Shown here in pieces: positions 37,714 through 49,747 of a stretch of 64,000 nt of DNA. Position 1 is the stretch's first letter. The number at the start of each line of letters is the position of its first letter. Source of the stretch: Paragordius varius (taxonomy: Eukaryota > Animalia > Nematomorpha); assembly GCA_964247055.1 (NCBI GenBank), contig OZ176051.1:6510001-6574000 (forward strand), written 5' to 3'. Below the pieces are notes generated by a model. The model saw only the letters and a list, made by a program, of their open reading frames with translations. It had not been told where the DNA came from and searched no databases. The position numbers were made by a program, and so were the translations under genes.

Positions 37714-39594
37714 ATATCATATAACTAACCAACCATCTTTTAAAACTTGCGCAAAATTTTTTTTTTATATAAATTTGTTTAATTGTATTATATTTATTGA
37801 CTTTTTTATTTAATGCCATGCCTTTTTTTAAACATAAAAATGATAATTATGTAACCAGCCATATTTAACATAGCTCTATCCTTAGTATGTATATGCGAAT
37901 CTGATATTTATGATACCAATGCATTTCAAGACCAAATATAATATATATATATATATATATCAAAATCATTACATAATAAATTAATTATTCGGTTGAAACA
38001 AAATGTTTATTACGAATTTTATTCTGGGCTAAAAGCATTGGAAAATACACAAGATATTATTTATAAATTGACTATACATAACCGTTTGCTACATGCTACC
38101 TAATTTGTAAAGGCAGATAGAGAATCAGTATTTATTATATTCTTTAAAACGATATTGTACTGATTTAAATATGCTAAAAAACAAAATTGAATAATGCATT
38201 TATATCCTTTCCACCATGCTTTAAAGAACAATAAATACGGTTCAATAGAATTTTTGCCAAAAAAATAAATTTTCAAGCAAAGGTACCTTTTACTCTTTTG
38301 ATGCCGAAATCTAGCATAGTGGTATTCATCAAAAAATTTTACGGGGCTTAATAATTTTGTCTTGCCCCAAAGGCAGTGGATCATATACGCATTCACACAT
38401 GCATACTTAATATAAGTACATTCGAAAATTAAAAAATAATAAGTCACTAAAAGCAATTTTAGGGCCATGGTTGTAATACGCAAAAATTAAATAACTTTTT
38501 GAAACGACTCCTAAGCTCCAAAACCCCATATATTCATTTTTTATCAAACAATATTTATATTGACGATGAAACCTTTTTAGGGAAGACTTACTGTCTGCAC
38601 GAAAAAACACAATTTGAGAAAATCATACTAAGCCAAAGGACTTTTTAAATATATTATAAATTAAAGCAACATAAGAACCAAAGTATGAACTACCATGTGA
38701 CTAAAAACTTTAGAAACAATTATTAAAAAATTTCTGTAAAAATGGATTGAAAATCCTAATTTTTGATGGAGTCGGTCATAAACCACATGAATGGATTTTA
38801 TGCTATTTTAATATAAATAGATATGGTTATGGATCATTGATCAAATTTTTAAATTATTTTTTTGGAAGGTCGCACCCATCACAATTTTTTAGTCCAACGA
38901 CGGGTATAAAAAGTTTTCCCAAGATAATGGTTTTTAATCCGATCCATAAAATAAACCTTTCCTTGCATAAAAGTTATTTGCGCGTTTTACTTATAACCAA
39001 TTTAAGTAGTTATTAATGGTGAATTATATAATAAATAGAGAAAATAATCATAAATTTAGCATTATAAAAATTTATATTTTTTATTTTTATCATTTGAGAC
39101 AATTGGTAAATGAATCAATCTAAGGAATAATGAAAAATACATACTGGCTTTTTTTGTAAAATGTGTTTTAATTTTTGGGTCAAAAATGTTGATTTGAAAA
39201 TTTTATTATAATTTTATTAACATTAGAATAAATTACTGATTTGGATTAATTATGACATCTCAGGTGTTTTAAAATAGAATTAAAATTATTTCATTTGAAA
39301 ATCAAAATTGGTGAATCCATGAGTTGTCAATAATATGATATTTTAGAATGGAAGAAAAGAAATTGTTTTAAGAAAGAAGAATTCAATTATTATTTTTTAA
39401 TGGTGAGAAATTTAAATATATTGATATAAAGCCACAAATTTTTTGTAAAACAATTTTGACAAATTTATACATTGTTGACTGTGAACGATAGTCAATAAAA
39501 ACGGGGACAATATATAAAAATTTATTTATATGCTACATAAAAATATACCAAATTTATACAACAAAAACCATATCACACATTACAAAAAATATTA

Positions 39595-42500
39595 TTAGAT
39601 TAGAGTATTGATGGGTAAATGTAGAGCGGTTGTTCCAGGTTTTTTACCTGGCCAAGCTTCTTTCGCATACTTTTTCTTTTTATGTCCAGCTCCCGCTCCT
39701 GATAATGGATGGGTTTCATCAGAAGACACTCCCATATAATTCACATTTTGTCCGCCACTAACATTATGATCCATCATAGCGAAAGAACTGTTTTCTTCCA
39801 AGGTCGTAGGCATAGTTTCTGCAAGTTTGCGTTTATGACTTAACAATAAAAAAAAGTTTTAAATGATATATATAAACAAAAAGCGTTTTTAAATTAAACT
39901 CCTACTAAAGAATAAAGGTATTCCTCGCGTTTTATACTACCTATATGGATCCGAACAATAAAATTGGTTTTAATTTTTCACTTTTTTTCCCATTTTAGTT
40001 TTTTAAACAAAAAATGTAAGAACAGACAATAGATTTTAAGGAAAGCTCATTAAACCATAAATAAGCTTAAATTGTAGGCAATTAAACTATCTGATACTTG
40101 AATAAAAGCTTACGTTTTTGTTTGTAGACCCATCACAGGCACATTTTTATCACGAGGTGTGGTTAAGTAAGATGTTAAAGCACCTTCATCAATATCAGGT
40201 GCTGGATTGGGTACTGGAATACGGGAAAGCATAATTGGTGCATTTTGATTAATGCTATTACTGGTAGGTGGCGGTTTATGTGATATTGAATTACGAGGAT
40301 ATAATGCGTTATTGGTGAGAGATAAAGAATGATCTATTTTTACAAAAGGAATAGAAAGATTAAAAGGTTGAATCTTATCAACTATCTATAAGAAAGAATT
40401 TGAAGACCCTCAAGTCGAAATACGTATAATTAAATTAAATAAAATTCAGGGTTTCATATATTAACTAATACAAAAATCAAATATATTAATAATCTACTAA
40501 AGGGTAAACTATATTCTTATAAATTATTAACTTAATATTTGTTCTCTAGTTTCCAATAAAACGCCAAATATTAATAGCTAACATGAAAAGTATTAAGATA
40601 CCATACATTCGCACATATCTATAGCATAAATGATTTATCATTTATATACATATAAAAAATACTAATTTCGATAAACGTTTAAAGTAAATAATTGCAAAAA
40701 AAAGATAAAACTCAATCCAGTGATGTCCTCATCATTATCATAGAGGTTTTGAGGTAAACCGTTTTTACCATTTGATTCTAAGGGATTGGTGGAACTTTGA
40801 TACATGACTGTTTTAGGGTGCAGAGCTGTAGATTGCTGTAATGCTAAAGGATTAGCGCTATGAGAAGATGCCTATGATTACAAAATAAAAAATATTTGAA
40901 CTTATATAAAACATATATCCTTTGGATATATAGACAATTTTTTTTTACTTTGGAACGTTAAATAATTATGTAGCATAAATTAAAAAGATTTTGAAATATG
41001 TGATTGAGAGTGTTACCCATTTACTTAACCCCCTTTTCGCACAAAACTATAGTTTATCCTTAAAAAATAACTATGGTTGACATTATGCTAAATTATTTGT
41101 TCCACCCGTGATTTTTATAATTTAAATTTTAAATTTAACACTAATACAAAATAAATCAATTAATTTGATTTAGCATTGTAAAATAGTAAGTTATATTATT
41201 GATAATAAGGGTTTATTAAGATATAACAGGGGAAAAATTAAATGTATATAGAAGGTTAATTTAATAAAATCATAATTAATAGTGCACATTTTGAATTCCT
41301 ATCAAAAATTTAAATAATTTATATAACAAATAAATGATTCATATAAACAATTTTTGTTTCATAAATATATTTCAAAATAAATACTTTGGGAAGAACGATA
41401 GTTTGTACCATATTTCTATATTTACCAATTGTAGGGTCAACATCCTCTGTAAAAATAATATAATTTTTTAAATGGATCACTTAATAATAATTTATTTTGT
41501 TAATTATTTGCATAGAACATTTATTTAATCCTTACTAAACCCAAGCGAATGTTAAAGTTACACATAGATATAAATTGAATTCAATTTTGTCCGTACTTTA
41601 AAAAAATTCTTTAAATAAAACAGTAAAATTAATAAAAAGTAACACAAAGAACGAAATTATAAAAAAAATGTTTTACAAAACAAAAAATCAAAATACCTGG
41701 ATTTATAACTTCCTCGCGGTCAGAAAACCGAACCAAGTGTTTAGGGACACCACCAACATTTACCGCGTCTTTAATAAAGTTCCCAGCCAAATTATTAGCA
41801 TGTTCAATGAGGGGATTAAGGACAGACATTGTATTAGCGTTATTATACAATTTTTGACTCAAAGAATTATTTTTGGTATCAAGGCCATCTTCGAGTCCAA
41901 GCGAAGTTATACGCCGATTATGTGCCGTATTAAATTCCGTTAAATTCTACCCATATAATATAATTATACAATATTATAAAACGAAACCGTAATTATTAAA
42001 ACCAAAAAAAACGGTCAAAAGCGATTTTATAAGGGAGGACCCTAAAATATGTTTTTTTGATATTATGTTTTGAACTTTAAAAACATCCTTTATTCTATCC
42101 TCTATGATGCGACAATTTGTTAAACCAAATCTACACTTATGCTACATCTTCCTAAAGTTTGATTAATAAATTAAATGACGGAAAAAAATAGGACACAAAA
42201 TGGATGTTTTTTTTGACATATGTGTAAATTTAATAATTATGCCGAGATCCGTATATATAACCAAAAAACAAAGAAACAGCCATGACAATTTTTTCGTATT
42301 GTGAGAAGATCTAAGCCATAGGGTTTTAAGCCGTTTTTAAAAAAAAACCGAAGGGAAAAAACGGTTTTGGTTTCAAACCATGATCAAGTTGATTTGAATA
42401 TTGCAAGTAACTATAATTTACTTCTAATTCAGTTTCGTCTTCGGGCAAGTTTACAAGTCGAGATCCTGACAAATTTTTGTAATCCTCTTCGAAACCTAAA

Positions 42501-43104
42501 TCATGATAAGCCGATTTTTGCGGACGTTCACGCAATATGTAAACACGTGTAGATGCACCAAATCGTATCGTACTGTTTATTGGGATTTGTAAAGGTTTTT
42601 GAGGTTCCAACCGTAAACCACCGACATACGTACCATGTACTAAAGAAATATTTTTCGATCAAAATTGATTTGAAAAATATTAAAAAAAATATACATGCTT
42701 TTAAACTGTTAGATAAGTAACGGTAATTTATTGCAAATCGAAAACACGTCTGATTTAAATCATAATAATATTAAATAATTCCTAAATTAAAAGTTTATCA
42801 AATGCAAAATTTGTTTCTATAAAAAATTATAATACCTGTGCCTAGATCAATCAAAAATGCTTTCTGTAAGTGATGATGCCATATAAATGCGGCATGTACC
42901 CTTGAACATGAAGCATGATCTATTGATATATCACAAATTTTGGTATTTCTTCCAAATAAATAATACGACTTTTCATCAATCATATATTTTTGAATCATTT
43001 TATCATTTTTATTTACATCTAAATGCAACCCGGACGGTGGTTTGCCAGCCCTAAAAGTAGTATAAATAAAATTACCAGCTAGGTGGTTTGAATGGTTCTT
43101 CCAT
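39595..43104 (-). CDS. PPP1R8: Nuclear inhibitor of protein phosphatase 1 (NIPP1)
   Basis: Eight exons: 43076-43104, 42836-43050, 42422-42639, 41697-41946, 41385-41446, ~40712-40871, ~40113-40333, 39595-39839. Motifs are PSWAGKPPSGLHLDV, the FHA segment YYLFGRN...IDHASCSRVHAA, NLTEFNTAHNRRI, EVINPEDVDPTIGKYRNMVQT, PNPAPDID and the C-terminal KKKKYAKEAWPGKKP. Confidence 0.96.
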
Positions 43105-43165
43105 TTATCACTTGAAAAGCATTATTAGATTTGACATGCTGGTAGCCATGTGTTTTTGTTAAAAA
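43105..43165. promoter_or_regulatory. 61-bp spacer between divergent PPP1R8 and NDUFS6 start codons; holds a 13-codon minus-strand uORF
   Basis: ATGs at 43104 (-) and 43166 (+). On the minus strand, 43149-43105 reads ATG GCT ACC AGC ATG TCA AAT CTA ATA ATG CTT TTC AAG TGA TAA directly before the NIPP1 ATG. Confidence 0.6.
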
Positions 43166-44807
43166 ATGAAAGTTTTGAAAGAAATTTATAAATTCAATAA
43201 TTTTCGTTTTTTCTCAAAAAACTTACAACCATCAACAATTAATGCTACCGAAATTCAAATAGTCAAAAAAAATCTCGATAAACCCGAAGACGTTGTAACA
43301 CATACCGGTCAAGTTTTACAAATTTTGATTTTAGAAATGGGATAAAGATGATTACAGAATGGTTCGATACGAAATTAATGGACCCAAACAAGTAAGCATA
43401 ACAATAGTTTATGGCTTTTTTACTAGTTTTTATTGATATACAAGCATACTATTTAATAAATTTGTTGATATTTAATAAATCTTAACAATGCCATTTCCAT
43501 AGTTTTGAAAAAATGTTGATCAAAATTTTTTTGATTTATGCTCTAATTTAATTAACTCATATATTAGACCACAAATCGCTGTTAATTTTTAATTATTGTT
43601 ATAACCATATTTTACACTTCATTTTTTGAAGCGTTCAGGCTTTACTTGACATGATATATAAAGCTAGTATGTGTAAGTTAGTATAACATATCCTATGTAA
43701 GACTAATGTTTAATGTTATATTTTTAGTATAATTAATAATATTATTTGGTCTAACGGAAAGATTCTTTTAATGCATATTTATAATCTTGCATCAAACTCT
43801 TTATGATTATTACACTTGTGCTCAAACACCGGACCACAGGTCATATGCGGCCCTAAAATACTCTTTTATTGTGCTGAAATAATTGTTGTCATTTTATATT
43901 ATGGTTATTTTGAGATGTAAAATATTTATCGGCATTAGATAGTGCGCGGCCCTTGAGATAGGAAATATTTTAACGGCCTAAAATTTTTGTTTTATCTATC
44001 CAATAATAAAATGTTTTACAGAAATTTTCTGAATGATAAATTTTTACACTTAAATCACCCAATGGATGAGTTATCGCTTATTTTAGGTAGTCAAGAATTG
44101 GGCCTATGATTTGATTAATGCAGTGCCACCGAAACCCGTTGAAAAGCGAATAGTTTGGTGTGAAGGAGGAGGTGGACCCTTGGGTCACCCCAAGATTTTT
44201 ATAAATTTGGTAAGGCGAGTTATTTTTAGGGTAAATCAATTTTTGTATTAACATATCGATATTCAACCTGAATTCAACATCAAATAAGAACACAAATTTT
44301 TTAATATGTATTTACGGAATAATCTATTATTTAAGACCCTTTTTTATTTAACTCATGTTTGCTTTCATCCAAAAACAATACTTTATATTGCCAATAATAT
44401 CAAATTTAAAAACCATTATAAATTTAATTTACGTGTTGTTTTAGAATGAAAATGTTTCATCAAGGTTTTATAAACTTTATACAATTTAAAATACAGTATG
44501 TTTAAATTGTTTATTAAATAGTGCCAGATATCCATAAAAAAGAGTATTACTATTGGCTAAAAGTAATAATATTCAATAGAATAACTAAAGGCAATTTGGC
44601 CTTTGCTTTAAAAGTTATCTAGCAATATTTGATTAAAAACTATCAATGTATATATTACATATCGAAAAACAATTTTTCCCTATGTAATATATATTTAAAC
44701 CTATTTTTTAAATATCTTTATAGGATAAAGATGAAAACGGTGTTTGTGGTTATTGTGGATTGCGATTTTATAATACAAAGCATTTGGACAGCCATCACAA
44801 TCATTGA
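43166..44807 (+). CDS. NDUFS6: NADH dehydrogenase (ubiquinone) iron-sulfur protein 6, zinc-finger subunit (136 aa)
   Basis: Exons 43166-43312, 43335-43391, 44087-44209 and 44724-44807. Motifs are [37 protein letters not shown] and GVCGYCGLRF, with all Zn ligands present. The basic N-terminus resembles a mitochondrial presequence. Confidence 0.96.
43811..43980. mobile_element. Decayed hAT-like MITE fragment in NDUFS6 intron 2
   Basis: ctcaaacaccggaccacaggtcatatgcggccc and a second gcgcggccc motif resemble family F in reverse. No target duplication found. Confidence 0.4.
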
Positions 44808-44993
44808 AATGTTAACATACAGAAAATATTTATTTTCTTTTTATAAATATATATATTGATATAAATGATTTTTGCTAATAAAGGCTAAATAATAAATATA
44901 ATACAAGCAAAATATAAATGCAAATATTAATGGCGTTACATTATTCATTGGTAAGCTTTGTGTGGGTTTTCCTGTAAAAGCTAAAATTTGTTT

Positions 44994-47900
44994 TTAACAA
45001 CATCCACGATAGTTTTTATTCAAATTTCTATAAGCATTTCGTATAAGGACATATGGAAAACATGCATCTAATAAATCTTGCGTTAAATCTGGACACTGAT
45101 CCACAAACTAAAATATGATAATATGTCATATATAATAAAACGTTAAGAAATAAATTATTATATCACATTTATATCGAGTTCAAAATTACAAAATAATTTC
45201 GGTTTTTTTTTAAAAAAAACTTACCTTTTCCAGTAATATAGCTAATGAATCACGATATAAATTGACGTTCTCTTTTTCTGTTTCTTGAAATGTTCGTAAC
45301 AAGCAATATGATGTTAACTAAACCAAATGTAATTTAATTATAATTTGTAAATAATTATCACAATTACATCAATCGAAATAGCGTCTAAAAGTGTATTATT
45401 AAAAACATTAAATTTTAATTGAATGAATAAAATATTTAATTTTAATTAAATGATCTGTTTATGTGATACCGCTAAAAATTCTTTCATCCTTTCTTTCAAA
45501 TCGCCCTTCCCGTGTAAATGAAACAATGTGGCAAACAAAACGTTAAGTCCTTTAGCAATGTTGTGACTGTTATTTGGCATACCTATGCAGAATAAGATTG
45601 TTTTTTAATAATATATTAAGAAAAAACAGGTAAAATTTTTTTTATGATTAAACAGTCATTTTTAGAATGTTAGTAGGGAAAAGAATTTTAAGTATGTGTA
45701 TGTTAGTATCAACTTATTCTTTTTTGATGCAATTTAAACGAAAAGAAATTAAAAAGAATATTCACACATTTTTTTCCCTTTTAGCAATTACAAACATTCA
45801 TTACCAATATTATGGCTGTTTACTATATAATTAAACCTATAAAAATATAGAGGAACAAAATAGATAAGGCAAATATTTTTTCATTGATAATAAGTTTAAT
45901 ATGTAGAAACGGTGTTTAGAGCAGGAGTCAACATGGGGCCCTCCCTACAGTCGACTAGAGATATTAAAATATAATGCTATTAACAATTCCACATAAAATC
46001 GATATTAAGCAAATTTTCTTAATTTCCAAATTTTAGCAATTAATTAGCAACAACAATTATAAAAATTAGTAGATATATTGTGTCTGTTAAAGTATATATG
46101 TTTGTAATCCAAAATATATTAGTGCCCATATATTTGTCATAGCGACCCTGGATTAGATAGATAAAATACCATCAATAAAAGGATTATATATGTTTCCTGT
46201 CATGATAGATTGGGAGGAATGGCCTTTTTTACTGCCGTGTAGTCCAGAGGTGGAAACATTTTCAGTAATAGAATGACCGCTAACCCCACCCCCTAATATA
46301 TTATCGAGTTGAGGGCTCAACATTAATTTGGGTATAGACATGGCTATCAATATCATAAGGAGACACGTGTTCTCATACTCTTCGTCTGATTTGTAATCTA
46401 TAAGGAGATAAAATATTTGACGAGTTTTTATTACATAAATCGGGGTATTATTTACACACAAAACCAAAATGTTTTCACAAATAATAGTACCTAAATTTTG
46501 CTTAAAAGCTAAGAGTAAGTATGGATTGGTAATATCTTGCATTCCTGCCGCACTTGCCATTTCATTGATAATCTATATCAAAGTTTTTTATATGAACAGA
46601 TATATCAAATATAAAATTAATAACTAATTTAGCCAAGTAATGACTCACATTTAAATCTGAATTTGCGTTTATAATGTTTTGGAAATCGCTTATGGAAGCT
46701 AATAGGAAGGGAACTCTATCCTGTAAAACCTAATAATAAAGTCAAAAAATATAATTAAATAAGATGTTTTATTATAATGGGAAATTTCATATGAAAATAT
46801 TTATAAATTAAAACATATATAAATATATAAATACGTTATTCATTGATTTGAGACACATGGAATTGAAAGTTATTAAATTTCCAATCAATACGATCCGTTG
46901 TAACAAGGTTTCGTAATCTGTTTTTTTTGTTTCATATATTATGTTAGAAAAATATTTTACAAGGCAAAAAATTTAAATAATACTAACCAAATTTTTTGAA
47001 GAATTCTTTCATTTTATGGCGATCATCGAAATTGGTCCGAAGCAAATTCAAATTATCCCGATTGGCTAACACTAATTTCTGTATATTAAAATTTTATGAA
47101 TTATATTGAGCTATATATATAATACAACTAAATAAAATGATAAACGTAATTAATCAGTTGTATCCGTTCATTCATGTAAAACATTTTAAAATTCAAAACT
47201 AAAATTTATATCTTAACTTAAAATATTATTATTTCCGAATTTTTTTAACTCAGATATAAATATTTTCAAAATTTTTGATTGGATTTATTTCCAAAAAAAA
47301 TTATAAATAGTGCATTTATAACTGGTTGCATAATATACCATTTACAATTCAAATTCACCCTTAAACAATTCTAATTCACCATCGAACAATTCTTCACCCT
47401 AAGAATAAATGTGTTTTCGGGCTAATACAACTCATCATTAATATAAAATTTATCTTAATGGCATAGTTCATTATTTTTTCAATATTATTTTGATTTTAAA
47501 CAGAATTTTATTTTTAAAAATATAAATTTTAATTCTTAAAAAACATAATTTATTTAAGGGTGAATTTGAATTGTTCAAGGGTGAATTTGAATTGTTCGAT
47601 GGTGAATTTGAACTAATGATATATATTAAATAAAAACCCGAATTTCCAACGTTTGATTAGCAGTGTGTCGCATAAGTTGTTCACTTAAATGCTTTATTCC
47701 ATATGGCGTTAACAATTCAGCCAATGCTTTCAATTCTAATGATGGTGTGGAAAAAATAAAATTCAATACGCTAAAAAGTTATTAATTTATTTGAAAAAAT
47801 GTATATATTTTGTTTGAAAAAAACTTTAAATTAGGGGTAATAACCTAATACTAAATGACGCAATAAAATAAAATATTAAGCTAACTTTACATATAATAAA

Positions 47901-49396
47901 ACATTTTTTTACAAAAAACCCAATAAAATTTCATAGTGTTAAATGTCAAAGCACAAATAATAAAGTAAAAATTACGGAATTAAACCAATTTGATACAATA
48001 TTTATATCACATCATAAAATACATTAAATTTTCAAACTTATTATTGTGCTGACTACATAAAAAGTTGATCAAATTTTTAATTTTTCAGATTCAAAATGAC
48101 TTTAAATTCTGTAATATTTCTAGCTTATTGACTGATTATTACGCTTTTCACAGTTGTATTTATTTATGTTAGACTAAAAATTTATTTTGATATTTTTTGC
48201 AAAACAATTAGAATTTCAAAAAAGAACAAAATTTTTATCTTAATATAATATCATATTTTCCCCAAAAATTTGATTTATAACCACTTCTTTATTATTTCAA
48301 TGTTGTGAACTAAAATCAATAACTATTTATACTAATAATAAGGTTTGCTATTAAAAAATTTTTAAAGGCCAATATTACCTAATAATTATCATTTATATTT
48401 TAAACGGTCACAAAAGAACTTAATCTCATAATAACATTTTTTCAAAAGGTTATACTGTATTTATTTAAAACTATTTTACATCCATGAAATACAATATGCA
48501 TACCCCAATAATCTACATATTCATTCAAAGAATATTTAATTTTATTATGGGTTTTATGTCCGTTTGTGCGAGTTTCTTTATTGTTGTTATAATGTGTTAA
48601 TTCTCCAGTTCTATGTTTAATCCCTCCACCTGAAATGTTTGTAGAGGTACAATGCAAAGTGCAAAATTGAAATTCCGATAAAATAATGGGTGAAAGCATC
48701 ATTTTCTTCAGTAAAATCTCCAAATACCTAAATGTGTAACAGTTATAGAAAGAATATTACAAAATTATAAGTGTAACCGTAAATTTTGTTAATAAAAAAT
48801 TCTTAAAACGCTTTTAAAAATCGTTTTTAGCAAAGAAATTACGGTTTCAGAAAACTTAAAAATAATAATATTTTTGTCAATTTCTGTTTTAAAATACAAT
48901 AATTTTAATATTATTGTATGGTTAGAATAATTATAAGTAATAAATGAAAAAAAATAATTTTTATAACAGTGCGATTTGAATCGTAAAATAATTACAGTCA
49001 AAAAATTTTTCTTTTTATTCAAAATGAATTATTATTTTTAATGTAATGTAAAAAACGTTTTACCATAAAGTATAAATGGAGGTTATAGTTTTTTCCCCAT
49101 GATTATCAAGTGGTTGAGATTGCTGCAATAATACATTTTTCACGATACGTGAAACATCTAAATTCACTATTTTCACAAATTAAAATTTTGGTTAATTTTA
49201 CATAAATACAAAAAATATTCTATTATTTTAATATTATAAAGAATAAATTATTAAAACTATAGGGATAAAACATAAAATGTAAAAAATATATATTTTTAAC
49301 AAATAAAACCTTATTTTCAAAATCAAGATTTTATAGAAAAAACCACAAATAAGTTGTGAAATAAGAAATAAGGATTTAAATTGGTAAAACGCCACG

Positions 49397-49436
<40 letters not shown>

Positions 49437-49711
49437 CGATTAAAAACATGAAATTAAATATTAATCTTTTACTTTATGTTTAAATTTTATCTTTATAATT
49501 TTAATTAATGCGGTAATAAAATTTTTTCTTACCGAAATTTTCGATAGCATGGTACATAAGCGAAATGCAAGTTTTAACACGCATAAGTACTTCACTAGGC
49601 CTTGCCACTGTTCCATTTTCTTTAATTAAAAATTTTTTAGAAATATATATAAATTAAAATAATTAAATTTGTGAAAAAATTATATAAAAAACCAATATGA
49701 ATTATATATAT

Positions 49712-49747
<36 letters not shown>

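Noticed and set aside
38100-39016. ORFs of 127, 67 and 89 aa between the Cys-rich gene and NIPP1
   Set aside because: F/I/K/Y-rich composition typical of AT-rich non-coding or decayed transposon DNA, with no motifs.
41426-41446. Apparent 21-nt microexon in NIPP1
   Set aside because: The GGTAAA is coding (GKYRNMVQT is conserved), so the exon is 62 nt (41385-41446).
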